Shown here in pieces: positions 41,150-53,898 of a stretch of DNA of 64,000 nucleotides; position 1 is the first letter of the stretch; each line of letters begins with the position of its first letter. Source of the DNA: Octopus vulgaris (taxonomy: Eukaryota). The notes under the pieces are model-generated. The model was given only the letters and a program-made list of their open reading frames with translations, was not told the DNA's origin and did no database searches. The translations under genes were made by a program, and so were the position numbers. The stretch covers positions 72,912,001 to 72,976,000 of the forward strand of contig OX597826.1 in assembly GCA_951406725.2 (NCBI GenBank), in the 5' to 3' direction.

Positions 41150-41680
41150 TATGTCCTGATGCAGTACCAGACAGTGGCTCTCATGGCTCCTGATCTTAAC
41201 TGATTGGAAGCGTTATCACATTGCTGGGCTACAGCAAATATTCTGCTCAATACCACAGATTTGCTTGTCAGTTGTTTGTCCTTAACCAGTTGAGCAAGTC
41301 CCTTAGTGGCTGACGATATGTGCATCTCTGATCACGAACAGAAGTAGTAGGGGGAGCATCATAGTCATGTGTTGAGAGGGATTCTTTGGGGGTTGAATAA
41401 TTCACCTCTGGAAACATGAGTGTTTCGTTCAACATCCTTAAACAAACCTTATTCAGGGACCTTTTGAGCGGGATGGGTTACTCGACCAGAAGAAAATTCT
41501 ATCTGAGCCCCCACCTGCAAGGACATGTGCCGTTTATCTTGATATGAGATCACCATGTCGATATGGTTGTGATGCATGGGCCTAGTGTACTCTTATCAGA
41601 CGGGTAGTCATGATGGGTATACTGGGCTTCGTATCTTGTACCGCAGTGTCACTTTGATGGCATGCACTGCTCGCTCACTC
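41150..41680 (+). mobile_element. ~550-bp AAT-tailed repeat
   Basis: Reverse complement of 10008-10555. Confidence 0.8.
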
Positions 41681-41800
<120 letters not shown>

Positions 41801-42133
41801 AATAATAATAATAATAACGATGATGACGATGGTGATGATGGTGATGATGATGATGATTTCATTTATTTGCCACCGGGGCGAAGAATGCGCGGGACAATAC
41901 AAAGACTGATATAAATTGTTGGGGTTTACATATGATGAAATGATAAAATAAATGAATGAATAAAATAGCAAGCATTGCAAGGTATACGATGAAAAGGAAG
42001 GGAAACATACATAGTATACAAAGGTACAAAAAAGTGGGTTAATGATAATGATGTAGTCCTCCTGTGCAGAAGGATCTCTAGGGATAATCTAGGAACCCTA
42101 CTGTTCAAGATCTCCTTGAGCACCAACAGCAAG

Positions 42134-42330
42134 TGGAGGCACAATGGCCCAGTGGTTAGGGCATCGGACTTGCGGTCGGAGGATCGCGGTTTCGATTCTC
42201 AGACCAGGCGTTGTGTGTGTTTATTGAGAGAAAACACCTAAAGCTCCACGAGGCTCCGGCAGGGGGTGGTGGCGACCCCTGTTTTACTCTTTCGCTCCAA
42301 CTTTCTCTCACTCTTTCTTCCTGTTTCTTG
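42134..42330 (+). mobile_element. SINE family B
   Basis: TGGCCCAGTGGTTAG / GGTTTCGATTCTC boxes. Confidence 0.78.
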
Positions 42331-43220
42331 TCCCCCGACTTCCTACGCAACCGCTGAGCCTGGATGCGCATTTATCCATCCGACGATGCTCTCGGTGTCG
42401 GGAGTTGACCTGATTTCTCTTCTGCGGGTCTTACGAATAGCAAAGGACCGCGTTTCGGACTTCTCCCACTACAGACGGGACGAAGACCGCTTCGCTCAAC
42501 AAACACACAAACAAACAAACACCAACAGCAAATGCCCTCTCCAGTTCTCTTTCTCTGACTCACAGTTATTTGGCATTTACGCAACTTTCAACCACCTTTC
42601 AATTAATTCATTCGAGAGAACATTGCAGGTTCCCACCCAAACAGTCCTCCTCAGGTTGAAACGAGATTCTCTACTCCTAACAGATGACACATTTGCACAA
42701 ACCAGACAACTTCCCAACCCAACATACCCCTCAGGGTTTTTTTCTATTTAGTAGATGAAGTCCCATTGACTTTGCCCCAAGTGCTTCATTCGACATGTCA
42801 TATAAGCAATCGAAGTAATTCCCCGCAAAGGAGCGTCAGGTGAGAGTTCTAAGAGGTGAGAATGCAAATCCCACCTCAACCGGTTTCAATCGTTTTTACG
42901 AGACGCAGAAGGCGCGTGGACGCATTCTTTGTCATTCTAGTTCCCGCACAGCCGAGATGTGCGATAGCCAGAGCACAAGCAGCAGCAACAACAACAACAA
43001 ACTTCTTGGCAAACGAATAAAAACAAACTTCAGTCGAATTTTCTATTTGAATATTTATTTATTTAAATACATTCTTTCACAAAGGTATCACAGTTTTATC
43101 TGTTATATTTTTAAAGTATAATTTATCACTAGAAGCAGAAAATATAAATGATTTATTTAATAACGCAAATATGTATCTTTATATATATATGCATGCATAC
43201 ATATACATACATGCATACAT

Positions 43221-43327
<107 letters not shown>

Positions 43328-43393
43328 GAGGGAATATTATTTCAAACTTACAGGGAAAAATTCAATTTAGAAATACTAAATCAAATTTCACAA

Positions 43394-43477
<84 letters not shown>

Positions 43478-43632
43478 TAGAAAAAACCCACCTTTAATCA
43501 ATTCAATAATGAAAAATTAAATCATACCATTTAGAAACTTACACATTATAGAAAGATTAAATATAAGATAAACATATAACGATGATTAAGTAATGTGCAA
43601 AATAATAAATAAAACGTATATATTTTGTATAA

Positions 43633-43745
43633 TAACGACACGAGTTTCGTGGCTATATTTAAGATATGATAATAGTAAAAATAGTAGTAGTAGTAGTAGT
43701 AGTAGTAAAATCACTTCAATATAAATATAGCCACTCTTCAGGTTA
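43633..43745 (-). ncRNA. Hammerhead ribozyme motif (same family as 20445/21095) in element 43320-43790
   Basis: taac-CTGAAGA-GTGGCTATATTTA...TAAATATAGCCAC-GAAA-CTCGTG-TC-gtta. Confidence 0.8.
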
Positions 43746-44132
43746 AAGATAACAACAATAATAAAATAATTAATTAGATAAATTAATATATATATATGTA
43801 TATGTTTTGGTTACCAACTTTGACCCCCCGCAAAATCCAGGTTCTCTTACTGTTCTTCAGTGCTCGAAATGGGGAGTAGATGGTCAGCCGACAACTAATG
43901 AAGGATCTTTCTTTATGTTACTTGTCTTGTTTTCCTTTTGTTTCTTCTCAAATAAGAAGATAGAGAAACACTTTAGTTGGTTTATCAACTTTAGGATATT
44001 AGAATGTTGACTTATCTATTTATCAAAATGACAACCATGATAACATACATATAAACAATATAATTCAATACATATAAGATAAGAATACAAGCAGTTATTA
44101 AAAAACATTAATATAAATTGTTAAAATCATTA

Positions 44133-44257
44133 AAATCACAGCTGTTTCAGCCTATGGAAAAAAGTAATTTGTTGTGCCTATACATGTCAATTGTATTGAG
44201 GTTATAGGCAGTTAAAAATGAGGTACTTATATATTTCCATAGGCCTCGTCAGAGATT
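44133..44257 (-). ncRNA. Degenerate hammerhead motif (same family as 14931-15070)
   Basis: CTGACGA-GGCCTATGGAAA...TTTCCATAGGCT-GAAA-CAGCTG-T; cleavage site appears deleted. Confidence 0.55.
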
Positions 44258-44292
44258 ATAAAGTTTATTCAGAAAACAGATACACGTACAAT

Positions 44293-44361
<69 letters not shown>

Positions 44362-44656
44362 TATATAGTATATTAGGTTCTCCGAAGCACATGTGAAGTT
44401 GCTTTTCACTGTAAACCGTTGTCCCTGTTTGAAGGAGAACTCTGATCCCTCAATTAGATAGTCGCATATCCCGCAATTGGGTCTTCCTTCTTCTTCTCCT
44501 ACCCTACCAAGAACTCACAACGACCTCGAACACACAAGTGCAAAGAAGGGAGTCAGAGAAAGGCAGAATGCCACTTATATCTGAACACTACTATAGAAAT
44601 ATTCCTTTAAAAAAACTTTTCTTCTAATTTTTCTAAATTTAATTATTTAATCGTTA

Positions 44657-44694
44657 CAGTTGAAAAGGTCTCAAAATGACCGAAACCGGTACTG
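44657..44694 (+). ncRNA. Minimal hammerhead, U3:A8 variant (inverted pLTR)
   Basis: cag-TTGAAAA-GGTC(TCAAAAT)GACC-GAAA-CCGG-TA-ctg. Confidence 0.75.
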
Positions 44695-44747
44695 AAAGAT
44701 TCATTATAAAATTATCTTAGCATTTTCTATTTTTGACTTGTTTTTTC

Positions 44748-44783
<36 letters not shown>

Positions 44784-44970
44784 TTGTCTATATGCTTGGA
44801 CGTATGCTTAATTATGTCTATTTATGTATCTATGTACATGTATAGGTATATATATATTTGCTTATGTGTATATGTATGTATATGTACATATATATATATA
44901 TATATGTACATATATATGAAAAAACAAGTAAAAAATAGAAAATGCTAAAATAATTTTATAGTGAACATTT

Positions 44971-45008
44971 CAGTACCGGTTTCGGTCATTTTGAGACCTT
45001 TTCAACTG
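44971..45008 (-). ncRNA. Minimal hammerhead, U3:A8 variant (sense pLTR)
   Basis: Reverse complement of 44657-44694; co-oriented with the PLE ORF. Confidence 0.78.
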
Positions 45009-45641
45009 TAACGATTAAATAATTAAATTTAGAAAAATTAGAAGAAAAGTTTTTTTAAAACAATATTTCTATAGTAGTGTTCAGATTTAAGTGGCATTCT
45101 GCCTTTCTCTGACTCCCTTGTTTGCACTTGTGTGTTCGAGGTAGTTGTGAGTTCTTGGTAGGGTAGTAGAGGGAAGGCTGGTGAGGAAAGGGGGTGGGAG
45201 AATCTGGGAGTGCCCTGATGGTCGTATTTTGAATGGTCAGTGGCGGCTGGCAGTCTCAGTTCAATTCAGGAGAATATTTATATCGACAGGCTTGTTTATA
45301 GAATTAGCGTAGGTGTTATACTAAAAAACATTAGTGACAAACTTAAGGGGTAGGGGGTGGAGAAGAAGAAGAAGAAGAAGGAGAAGGAGAAGGAGAAGAT
45401 GATGGTGATGGTGGTGATCTATGACGACGATGATGATGATAACGATGATGATGAAGAAGAAGAAGAAGAAGAAGGAGGAGAAGGAGAAGATGGTGGTGAT
45501 TGGTGGCGATGATGATGACGCCGATGATGATGATAACGATGATGATGAAGAAGAAGAAGAAGAAAAAAACAGAGAAGGGAGAATATTGTAAATATATTTT
45601 GTAATGGATTCTATGGAGTGTAGTAGATATTTTTTCTTTTA

Positions 45642-46856
45642 CTAAAGTTGAGGTATATTAATTGTTTGTCGTTTAAGAAGTGGCTTGTATTTCGTAATAA
45701 AGAGATTTTCTTTACTTATTCTTTGTCTCGAGGTTGTATCGTCCCTAAATTGGTAGAGGGGGAAAATTCTGAAGTTTGGTGTTTTTTTGTTGGCGCAAGT
45801 ATCTATGTGTTGGCTAAAAGCTATTTTTCTGTTTTGGGGAATTTTTATCTGGGATCTGTGCAGGGCCATTCGTTTACGCAAACCATTTTTTGTTTGGCCT
45901 ATGTACTGCTCTTGACACCCGGAGCAGGTTAGTGAGTATATTAGGTTCTCCGAAGCACATGTGAAGTTGCTTTTCACTGTAAACCGTTGTCCCTGTTTGA
46001 AGGAGAACTCAGAACCCTCGATTAGATAGTCGCATATCCCGCAATTGGGTCTTCCACATTTTTTTACTGTCGGCTTCTGTGTTGAAGAGTGAATTCGGGC
46101 TTGTGTAAGGAGACTTTTCATGGATCTAGGCTGTCTTTTGCTTTTTATGATCGTGTGTGTTTGGAGGATTGTGTTCATTCTGTGGTCTTTTTTTAGGAGG
46201 GGTATGTTGTGGAGGATGGTGTCGAAGGCTTCGTTATTGAGAGGGTTGTGTGTGGAGATGTATGGTAAGGCTTTTGGTTGTAAGTTTTTCTTTGATTTGG
46301 GATGTCTCAGTTCCTTGATGTTAAGTTGAAGGGCACGTTGAATGCACTTGTCAATAAGTGAAGGTGGATAGTTCCTGGTGATTAGGGTATCTTTTAGTTC
46401 TTGTAGTCGTGTGTCTCTGGTGTTTGCGTTAGAGACTATAGTGCATATCCTTTTTGCTAGATTGAAGGGGATATTCATCCTGGTGTGTCTGGGGTGGCAT
46501 GAATTGAATGGAAGATATTGCTTAGAGTCTGTAGGCTTATAGTATATGTCTGTTTCTATTATATTATTAGCTTTCTTAATGAGGATATCGAGGAAGGGGA
46601 GTTGTTGTTGGCTATATTCCATCGTGAATTGGATGTTTACGTCCAGTCCGTTTAAAATTTTCTGGAATTCTATGAGTTTTTCTATATTTTTATGCCAAAG
46701 GATGAAACAGTCATCTAGATATCTCTTCCAGTTGTTTTCTATGTAGATGGAGAAAGGGCTGCCATATCTTTCTAGAACCTTACGATACAGACTGATCTCT
46801 AGGTATCCTATGACTAGGTTGGCAAAGGAGGGGGCCATTCGTGTACCCATCGCAGT
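45642..46856 (-). CDS. Penelope-like RT (C-terminal half) plus GIY-YIG endonuclease; uninterrupted ~400 aa, 5'-truncated
   Basis: AMGTRMAPSFANL, RYLDDCF, LPFLDI, YYKPTD..YL..SCHP, CGRPNCGIC, NLIY..C..C..QYIGQT, KENLFI. Confidence 0.93.
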   Translation of the reverse strand, partial: TAMGTRMAPSFANLVIGYLEISLYRKVLERYGSPFSIYIENNWKRYLDDCFILWHKNIEKLIEFQKILNGLDVNIQFTMEYSQQQLPFLDILIKKANNIIETDIYYKPTDSKQYLPFNSCHPRHTRMNIPFNLAKRICTIVSNANTRDTRLQELKDTLITRNYPPSLIDKCIQRALQLNIKELRHPKSKKNLQPKALPYISTHNPLNNEAFDTILHNIPLLKKDHRMNTILQTHTIIKSKRQPRSMKSLLTQARIHSSTQKPTVKKCGRPNCGICDYLIEGSEFSFKQGQRFTVKSNFTCASENLIYSLTCSGCQEQYIGQTKNGLRKRMALHRSQIKIPQNRKIAFSQHIDTCANKKTPNFRIFPLYQFRDDTTSRQRISKENLFITKYKPLLKRQTINIPQL

Positions 46857-46884
46857 ACATATATATATATATATATATATATAA

Positions 46885-47740
46885 CATAAACACGCACACG
46901 CACACACACACCTACACTCCCACACACATACACACGCACCTACATACACACACGCACGCATACACACGCATACACACATACATTACACACGTACACACAC
47001 ACCACACACACAAACATGCACACACACACAAACATGCACGGACACACCCAGACACACATACATACACCTATATACACACGCCCACACACCTACATACACA
47101 CACATATACACACGCCCACACAGCTACATACACACACATACATACACACATACACGGACACACCCATACATACTTACATACATACACCTATACACACACG
47201 CCTACACACCTACACACACACATGCATACACACACACATGTACGCACATACACACACATATACGCACACACATATATACCCACACACATGCACACACACA
47301 CACATACGCACATACATGCACGCATGCACACGCGCACACCTACACGCATACACACACACACACGCACGTACACATACATACATACACACACGCATACATA
47401 CACCCATACACATACATGCATCCACACACATACATACACACTCACACATACATACACACACACGCAATCACTCACACACCTGTATGTTCGCGCACACACA
47501 TGCACATACACACACTTCCCCACACCCACACGTACATACATACACACTCATACACATACACACACACACACACACACGGACATACATCTATGCACACACA
47601 TATATACACACATACTCACATACATTCATCGGACACACTGCCACCCAGACATACACACAGACACACTCACACATCCACACACACACATACGTACGCGCAC
47701 ACTCGCAGGCGCGCGCACACACGCGCTTGCGCCGGTTCGC
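46885..47740. repeat. Cryptic (CA/TA/CG)n array
   Basis: Seen directly; source of the His/Thr-rich ORFs. Confidence 0.95.
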
Positions 47741-48438
47741 GCACGCATGCGCGCCGCATGCACCTCGCCCTTAGACCCGACGAGACCTCCCGCCCGTTCC
47801 TGGGATGTCGCTTGTCGTTGGTTTTCCCACGCCCGTCTCCGCGGGACCACTCTTCCATCTTCCCCGCCGCTGGAGTCCTTTTCCTAACCCCCCTTTTTTT
47901 CGTTACACACACGCGCACACATATACACACATTGCTTAAACATATACATTACTCTTACACACATTCAATCTACTCGCCACTAATACTACCACGACACTGG
48001 ACACACACACACACTACTACTCAACACACGCTGGCACGCTACATACGCCCCCACCCCTTCCCCTCCCTCCCTTCCTCCTTCCTCCCTTTTCTTACTACTG
48101 ACCTTTGTCTGCTATGCTGCTGCTATGCTGACCACCGTCTCGCCCTACCTCACACGCCTACACACAGACGCACACACTAACACATACATATATTTTTTGT
48201 TTTTTTATCTCGCCTCACACACACACATACACACACGCACACGCACACACTCACACATACACACACATCTGTTGCGTTACCAACCTTGTCTCCACTCTTT
48301 TGCCTTTAAAAACCCACTTTGCTCTTGTTATCGTAAACATCCGCCTTTCACCATGTGCAACTCCTAACACCAGTCGTTTTTTTCTCTATCTCCGTTGCCC
48401 GCTCCGGGATCTTTCTTTCCTCTCTCTTCCTTCTTTAT

Positions 48439-48473
48439 GTTTCCGACGAAGAGCTCCGCTCGAAACGTCATAC
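48439..48473 (+). ncRNA. Minimal hammerhead-like motif (C at position 4, extra A)
   Basis: gttt-CCGACGA-A-GAGC(TCC)GCTC-GAAA-CG-TC-atac. Confidence 0.6.
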
Positions 48474-48559
48474 CTCCCTGCTTCCATTTCCTGAGCGCCT
48501 ATTAATAATAATACTGTAATTGTTCCATTGTTGTTGTTTTTTTGTTTCCCGTTTGGATT

Positions 48560-48604
<45 letters not shown>

Positions 48605-48700
48605 TAATCCAAACAAGAAAACACAAAAAAACACAACAACGCGAGGACGTGGAACAAATATAGTATTATTGGACGCTCAGGAAAGAAGGGAAGAAGGAGG

Positions 48701-48735
48701 GTTTAACGTTTCGAGCGGAGCTCTTCGTCGGAAAC
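48701..48735 (-). ncRNA. Minimal hammerhead-like motif (inverted relative of 48439)
   Basis: gttt-CCGACGA-A-GAGC(TCC)GCTC-GAAA-CG-TT-aaac. Confidence 0.62.
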
Positions 48736-48858
48736 ATAGGAGAAGGAAAGATCCAGAGAAGGGAAGACAGAGGAAAAAAATCGCCAACGGTACACACGAG
48801 GTCACATTCATACTGGAGCGCACATATCGTCCCATATCCATGAGTACACATATATTTA

Positions 48859-48906
<48 letters not shown>

Positions 48907-48997
48907 AATAATAATAATAATAATAATAATTTATTTCTATTATTATTATTATTAATAATAATAATAATAATATTATTATAATAATAATAATAATATT

Positions 48998-49078
<81 letters not shown>

Positions 49079-49092
49079 TAATAATAATAATG

Positions 49093-49146
<54 letters not shown>

Positions 49147-49467
49147 TTAGATTCAGTGTAATCTCCACTTCACAATACATAGTATAGCAGATTCAAATAT
49201 ATAGTATGCTATAATATAATATAAACAGATAGTTATGAAAGATGTAGTCTTATTAATTTTAAAATCACAGTCAATATATTCATATATCATATAGTTAGAC
49301 TAGAATTATAACACTATTATTCTGCATACATATAAGTCCACGCATGTGTGCAACAAATAGATGTGCAGGCATAAATATACATACGTACAAATATACATCA
49401 ATATCTATATGAAAATTCTTTTCCTTTTCATCGTAACGAAAGTATACGTACATGATAAAACACCAAA

Positions 49468-49638
49468 TCTTTATATATAAAAGTGAAGTTGTGTGTCTGT
49501 TTCCTACGATTTAGATTCCTAACTACTCCCACATTTTGCGGTGCAGTGTAACCAAAAGCGGGTATCTTATAGTCGTGATTCATATCGAGCCCTTCTGGGT
49601 ATTAGCGCGCGTCTACGATGAGTCTACGATACTGCTAG
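49468..49638 (+). mobile_element. Internally deleted mini-Helitron
   Basis: Same A|TC and CTAG|T ends as 12663-13058; hairpin absent. Confidence 0.88.
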
Positions 49639-49907
49639 TTTATAATATAATTTCACAGAATATTACGTAATAAAAGTTCCTGTATTAAGAGATAAGAGAT
49701 AAGCTGCATGAGTCTTGTTATTCGTTATATATTAATGTTTTAGTGGTTTAAATCTATCGGGGATTGGGGAGCGATTATTTTTAATCATAAGCTAAATCTA
49801 ATTGGTTAACAAATTTGAATTTCTTTGCCTCAGTTACAGTTGGTTGATTGAAGACCGAATGAGTAAAACTAACTGTAAATATATCATGAATAACTGAAAA
49901 TGTTAAT

Positions 49908-49940
49908 ACTATTTATATATACCTATCTTAACCTACATAT

Positions 49941-50001
<61 letters not shown>

Positions 50002-50027
50002 CATATATATATATAGATATAAATATA

Positions 50028-50059
<32 letters not shown>

Positions 50060-50504
50060 CACACACTAACCTATGTAATAACAATAAGTAAAGTTATATA
50101 ATATTTTATTCTACTTTATGTAAAAACTACGTAATTTTTTAATGTAAATTTTCTTAGTAACTAAAATGTGTAATAAATAGATACACAGTGTTTATCTCCC
50201 GTTATTACAATGTAAATCGTTAAATTTACTTGCAAATTATCAAACGTAAACAATATATTAGGTACTTAGGTTGAAGCACCAAGTCAGTTCGGTATTATCT
50301 GCACAGCTCGAAGTAACGTGAAAAAAAAAGCAAAATAAGCAACAGGATATCAGGTTTACATTGTAATAACGGGAGATAAACACTGTGTATCTATTTATTA
50401 CACATTTTAGTTACTAAGAAAATTTACATTAAAAAATTACGTAGTTTTTACATAAAGTAGAATAAAATATTATATAACTTTACTTATTGTTATTACATAG
50501 GTTA

Positions 50505-50590
<86 letters not shown>

Positions 50591-50617
50591 CTATGTGTGT
50601 ATATATATATGTATATA

Positions 50618-50680
<63 letters not shown>

Positions 50681-50713
50681 ATATGTAGGTTAAGATAGGT
50701 ATATATAAATAGT
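49908..50713. repeat. Long inverted repeat (arms include TA runs; spacer 50217-50354)
   Basis: Arms are reverse complements on direct reading. Confidence 0.92.
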
Positions 50714-51072
50714 TCCAAACCACTCTAAAAAATTGTCTGTTCTCTTAGCCATTCTTGCTACAATAGCGACAACATGAATTTATTCCATCCTCTTACTCTG
50801 ATAAAATATTTAAGAAAACTTATATTAACGTATCTTGTCTTATAATAATACAGTACGATCGTTTCAAGCGGTTCCATCAATTTGAACAATGCAATCATTA
50901 CATCAATTTAAATATCTTCAGCTGCACAAATATGAAATTGAAAAGACAAGATACGTTAATATAAGTTTTCTTAAATATTTTATCAGAGTAAGAGGATGGA
51001 ATAAATTCATGTTGTCGCTATTGTAGCAAGAATGGCTAAGAGAACAGACAATTTTTTAGAGTGGTTTGGAAC
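50712..51072. repeat. Inverted repeat with 130-bp arms; spacer carries a hammerhead core (50849-50926, minus)
   Basis: tgcag-CTGAAGA...GAAA-CGATCG-TA-ctgta; stem II not closed. Confidence 0.9.
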
Positions 51073-51544
51073 ATCTATCTATCTCTTTATCATCAACTTA
51101 AATATAAGACTAGAAAATGAAAGAAGGGATATAACATTTTTTTTAATAAAATAGAATTTTAAAAAACAAAAAAGAAAAAATATTTTATAAGAAAGGTCTA
51201 TCGAAGATATCACTGGAAGGAGGGGTAGTGTACAGTCGAAATGGAGTTTGAGTTCAGCGAGTAAAGATGTAAAGATGTAGCGCAGTTCAAGGCGAAGTGT
51301 GGTGTTGGTGGATCCGTGGTGTAGGGCAGGCCTGGCCAATTGGAATTACATTGCGGGCCATTTTAATCATAGAAAATCTTTTGTGCACTAATTGTCAAAT
51401 AAACAAATTACAGATCAAGAATTTTCCGTACTTTTCTTTTTGTTTAAAATTATAAAATTGTAGGGTATTCGTTTATTGCCACTTATAAATTCTAAATATA
51501 TATTTAAACAAATGTATTACACAAACAATTTTATTTTGAAATTA

Positions 51545-52225
51545 AGCACAATACTTCAAGAAAATATCAAGTGTGCCCCAGGTTCGCAAGCCCTGGTGTT
51601 CGGGCAAGCCTGAAGACAGTGAAGTGCGAGGTGGAGTGGCCTGCTGAGCAAAAATGACGGGTAACAGGAGTATTTCTCTGCAGGCGGACATTCCATAGGT
51701 GTTCTCTGAAACGGTTGGCCAACCGACAGACCGTCTGACCAACATATAGACGGATGCATAGATTGCATCGGATGCAGTATATAAGGTTATATTAAGTGCA
51801 GGAAAAGAGTTCCGGATGTAGAGGGCATACTGGTTAGATCCAGTGAAGGAGGTGGTGATGAACGAACAGGTGTGGAATAGGGGTCTGGAGCAAGGGAAGG
51901 ATCCGAGATGGGAGGCTGTTGGGGGGAGGAAAGAGCTACGGACCAGTAGGCCGCATAGGTTGCGGGCACGCTTAAAGGAGTGCAAGGGTGAGTTGGGTAA
52001 AATAGGGAAGGTGGTGGGATTTAGTTTTTGACGAATAAGGTCCGTAGGGTATTCTTTCGAAGGGGAAGGCTGGAGGGTGGCAAAGGATGGGAGAAGAGAT
52101 GTGGTTGGGAGGCCGGTGTGGGGAAGAAGAGAGGGCTGTGGTACGATTGAATTGGCGGGCACGGGCAAGGGCAGTTCGGACAAAGGTGAATGGATATCCA
52201 CGACGCATGAAGAAGAGGGCAAAGT
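51545..52225 (-). pseudogene. Penelope-like RT-thumb/GIY-YIG fragment
   Basis: FFMRRGYP..ALARARQFNR, FKRARNLCGLLVRS, PCSRP..TC, YCIRC..C..IYVGQT..L..RF.EH across frameshifts. Confidence 0.8.
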
Positions 52226-52439
52226 TTTTATATATAAGTGCCTGATGTGCGTGTGTGAGTGAAAGAAAGAATGAACTCCTCATTCATAGTGACTGATGTA
52301 TCTATAAGACTCGAGTCCACCTTTATACTCAGACGTGTAATCGATCAACTGGAAATATATATATCTCCGTCGGAGCAACAAGAAAAACAACTTAACTTTT
52401 AAAGTTCAGACAGACTTTTGGGTTCAGAGAGTTCTTGAG

Positions 52440-52960
52440 CAAGATTCTTTACTCTCCTAAATTGAGTGTGCACATCTTAGTGCTGTTGATATAAGATTTG
52501 CTCTTTTCTAGTAGTCTCCACTTGAATTCATAATGTACAGCGATTTTATAAAGTATCAAAATTGCTCTGATATCTTGGATATTTAACGATGCCTTGTATT
52601 CTTTGAACCTGGTCTTGAAGAGGTCTCCTGTGGCAACCAACATCCATCGTCTTACCGGAATCCATCTAGACTACTTCTGCTTCACACATTAGGTTTTTGT
52701 ATTCATTACAAGTTATTTGCTCGTATGTCAAATTCTTCTGATTATATCATACCCATCATATAGTTCAACTTCAGATTGCTCAATACTTGTCCAAAATATA
52801 ACTTCAAAATTTTATCAATCAATGTTTTACGTCTGTTCAATATTCTTTTTCCATAGGTGTAGATGTAAGAGACATCTTTCATAAAAAAAAGCAATATTTA
52901 AACTTTCTTAACTTTTCCACTGCTTTCACCATTTTCATTCAGTTTTCTCAAATCTTTGCA
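52440..52960 (-). pseudogene. Degraded PLE GIY-YIG fragment
   Basis: ATGDLFKTRFKEYKAS..FKWRLLEKSKSY...KMC.L. Confidence 0.6.
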
Positions 52961-53475
52961 TATTAAAAAAAAAAATAAGAAAGAAAGAAAAAGAATTCTC
53001 ACCTTTTTCATCATTCTATATTTATAATTAAGCTTAGCGTTTCTAGTTCAAAATCTACTGCTTTGATATTTTCATTCTCCATGGTTAGAATTGAAAAGAA
53101 GGCGACGTTTATGCACTTCAACGAATTATTTTATCAGTATCTAGAAGTGTTCTCGGGAAAGTAAAACCAGGATTTCAAGCCGGCTGGTTTGGTGGTTTGA
53201 TATGGTGGCCGCATGGATAAAAGAAAAGAAAATGTGTGCTATAGGGCGGACGAAAATTATTCGGATGATTTCTGGTGGATAAAATTTTAGTGTAGTGATC
53301 GAGGGCAGGTTAGCGATGGGATCTTTAAACGTATGTGGTGTATATACATGTATGTGTATATATATATATATAATACAATTGTTCGTTCGTTTTATATATA
53401 TATATATACTAATACAATTGTTCGTTTGTTTTCCACCCTGCCTTCGTCTTTTGTTTATTTTCATAAAGCTTCCCG

Positions 53476-53520
<45 letters not shown>

Positions 53521-53699
53521 TGTATATTTATGCATGTATTCGTATACGTTTTTTATATATAAGTGCCTGATGTGCGTGTGTGAGCGAAAGAAAGAATAAA
53601 CTCCTCATTTATGGTGATTGATATACCTATAAGGCTCGAGTCAATTAAAATAGAGTTATTTGTTGTGAGAAACAGTTGAGACAAGCATACATACATACG

Positions 53700-53778
<79 letters not shown>

Positions 53779-53779
53779 T

Positions 53780-53898
<119 letters not shown>

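Larger units (their letters stand above)
44372..46856 (-). mobile_element. 5'-truncated Penelope-like retroelement with an inverted pLTR copy
   Basis: RT-EN ORF, 3' pLTR 44915-45180, inverted duplicate 44487-44750; TA-run flanks. Confidence 0.93.

Noticed and set aside
46841-48180. His/Thr-rich ORFs, and the MCVCV N-terminus of ORF 45642-46979
   Set aside because: Read-through of CA/TA microsatellite; the PLE ORF really stops at ~46856
51326-51360. hAT-like terminus CAGGCCTGGCCAA
   Set aside because: No partner TIR or TSD found
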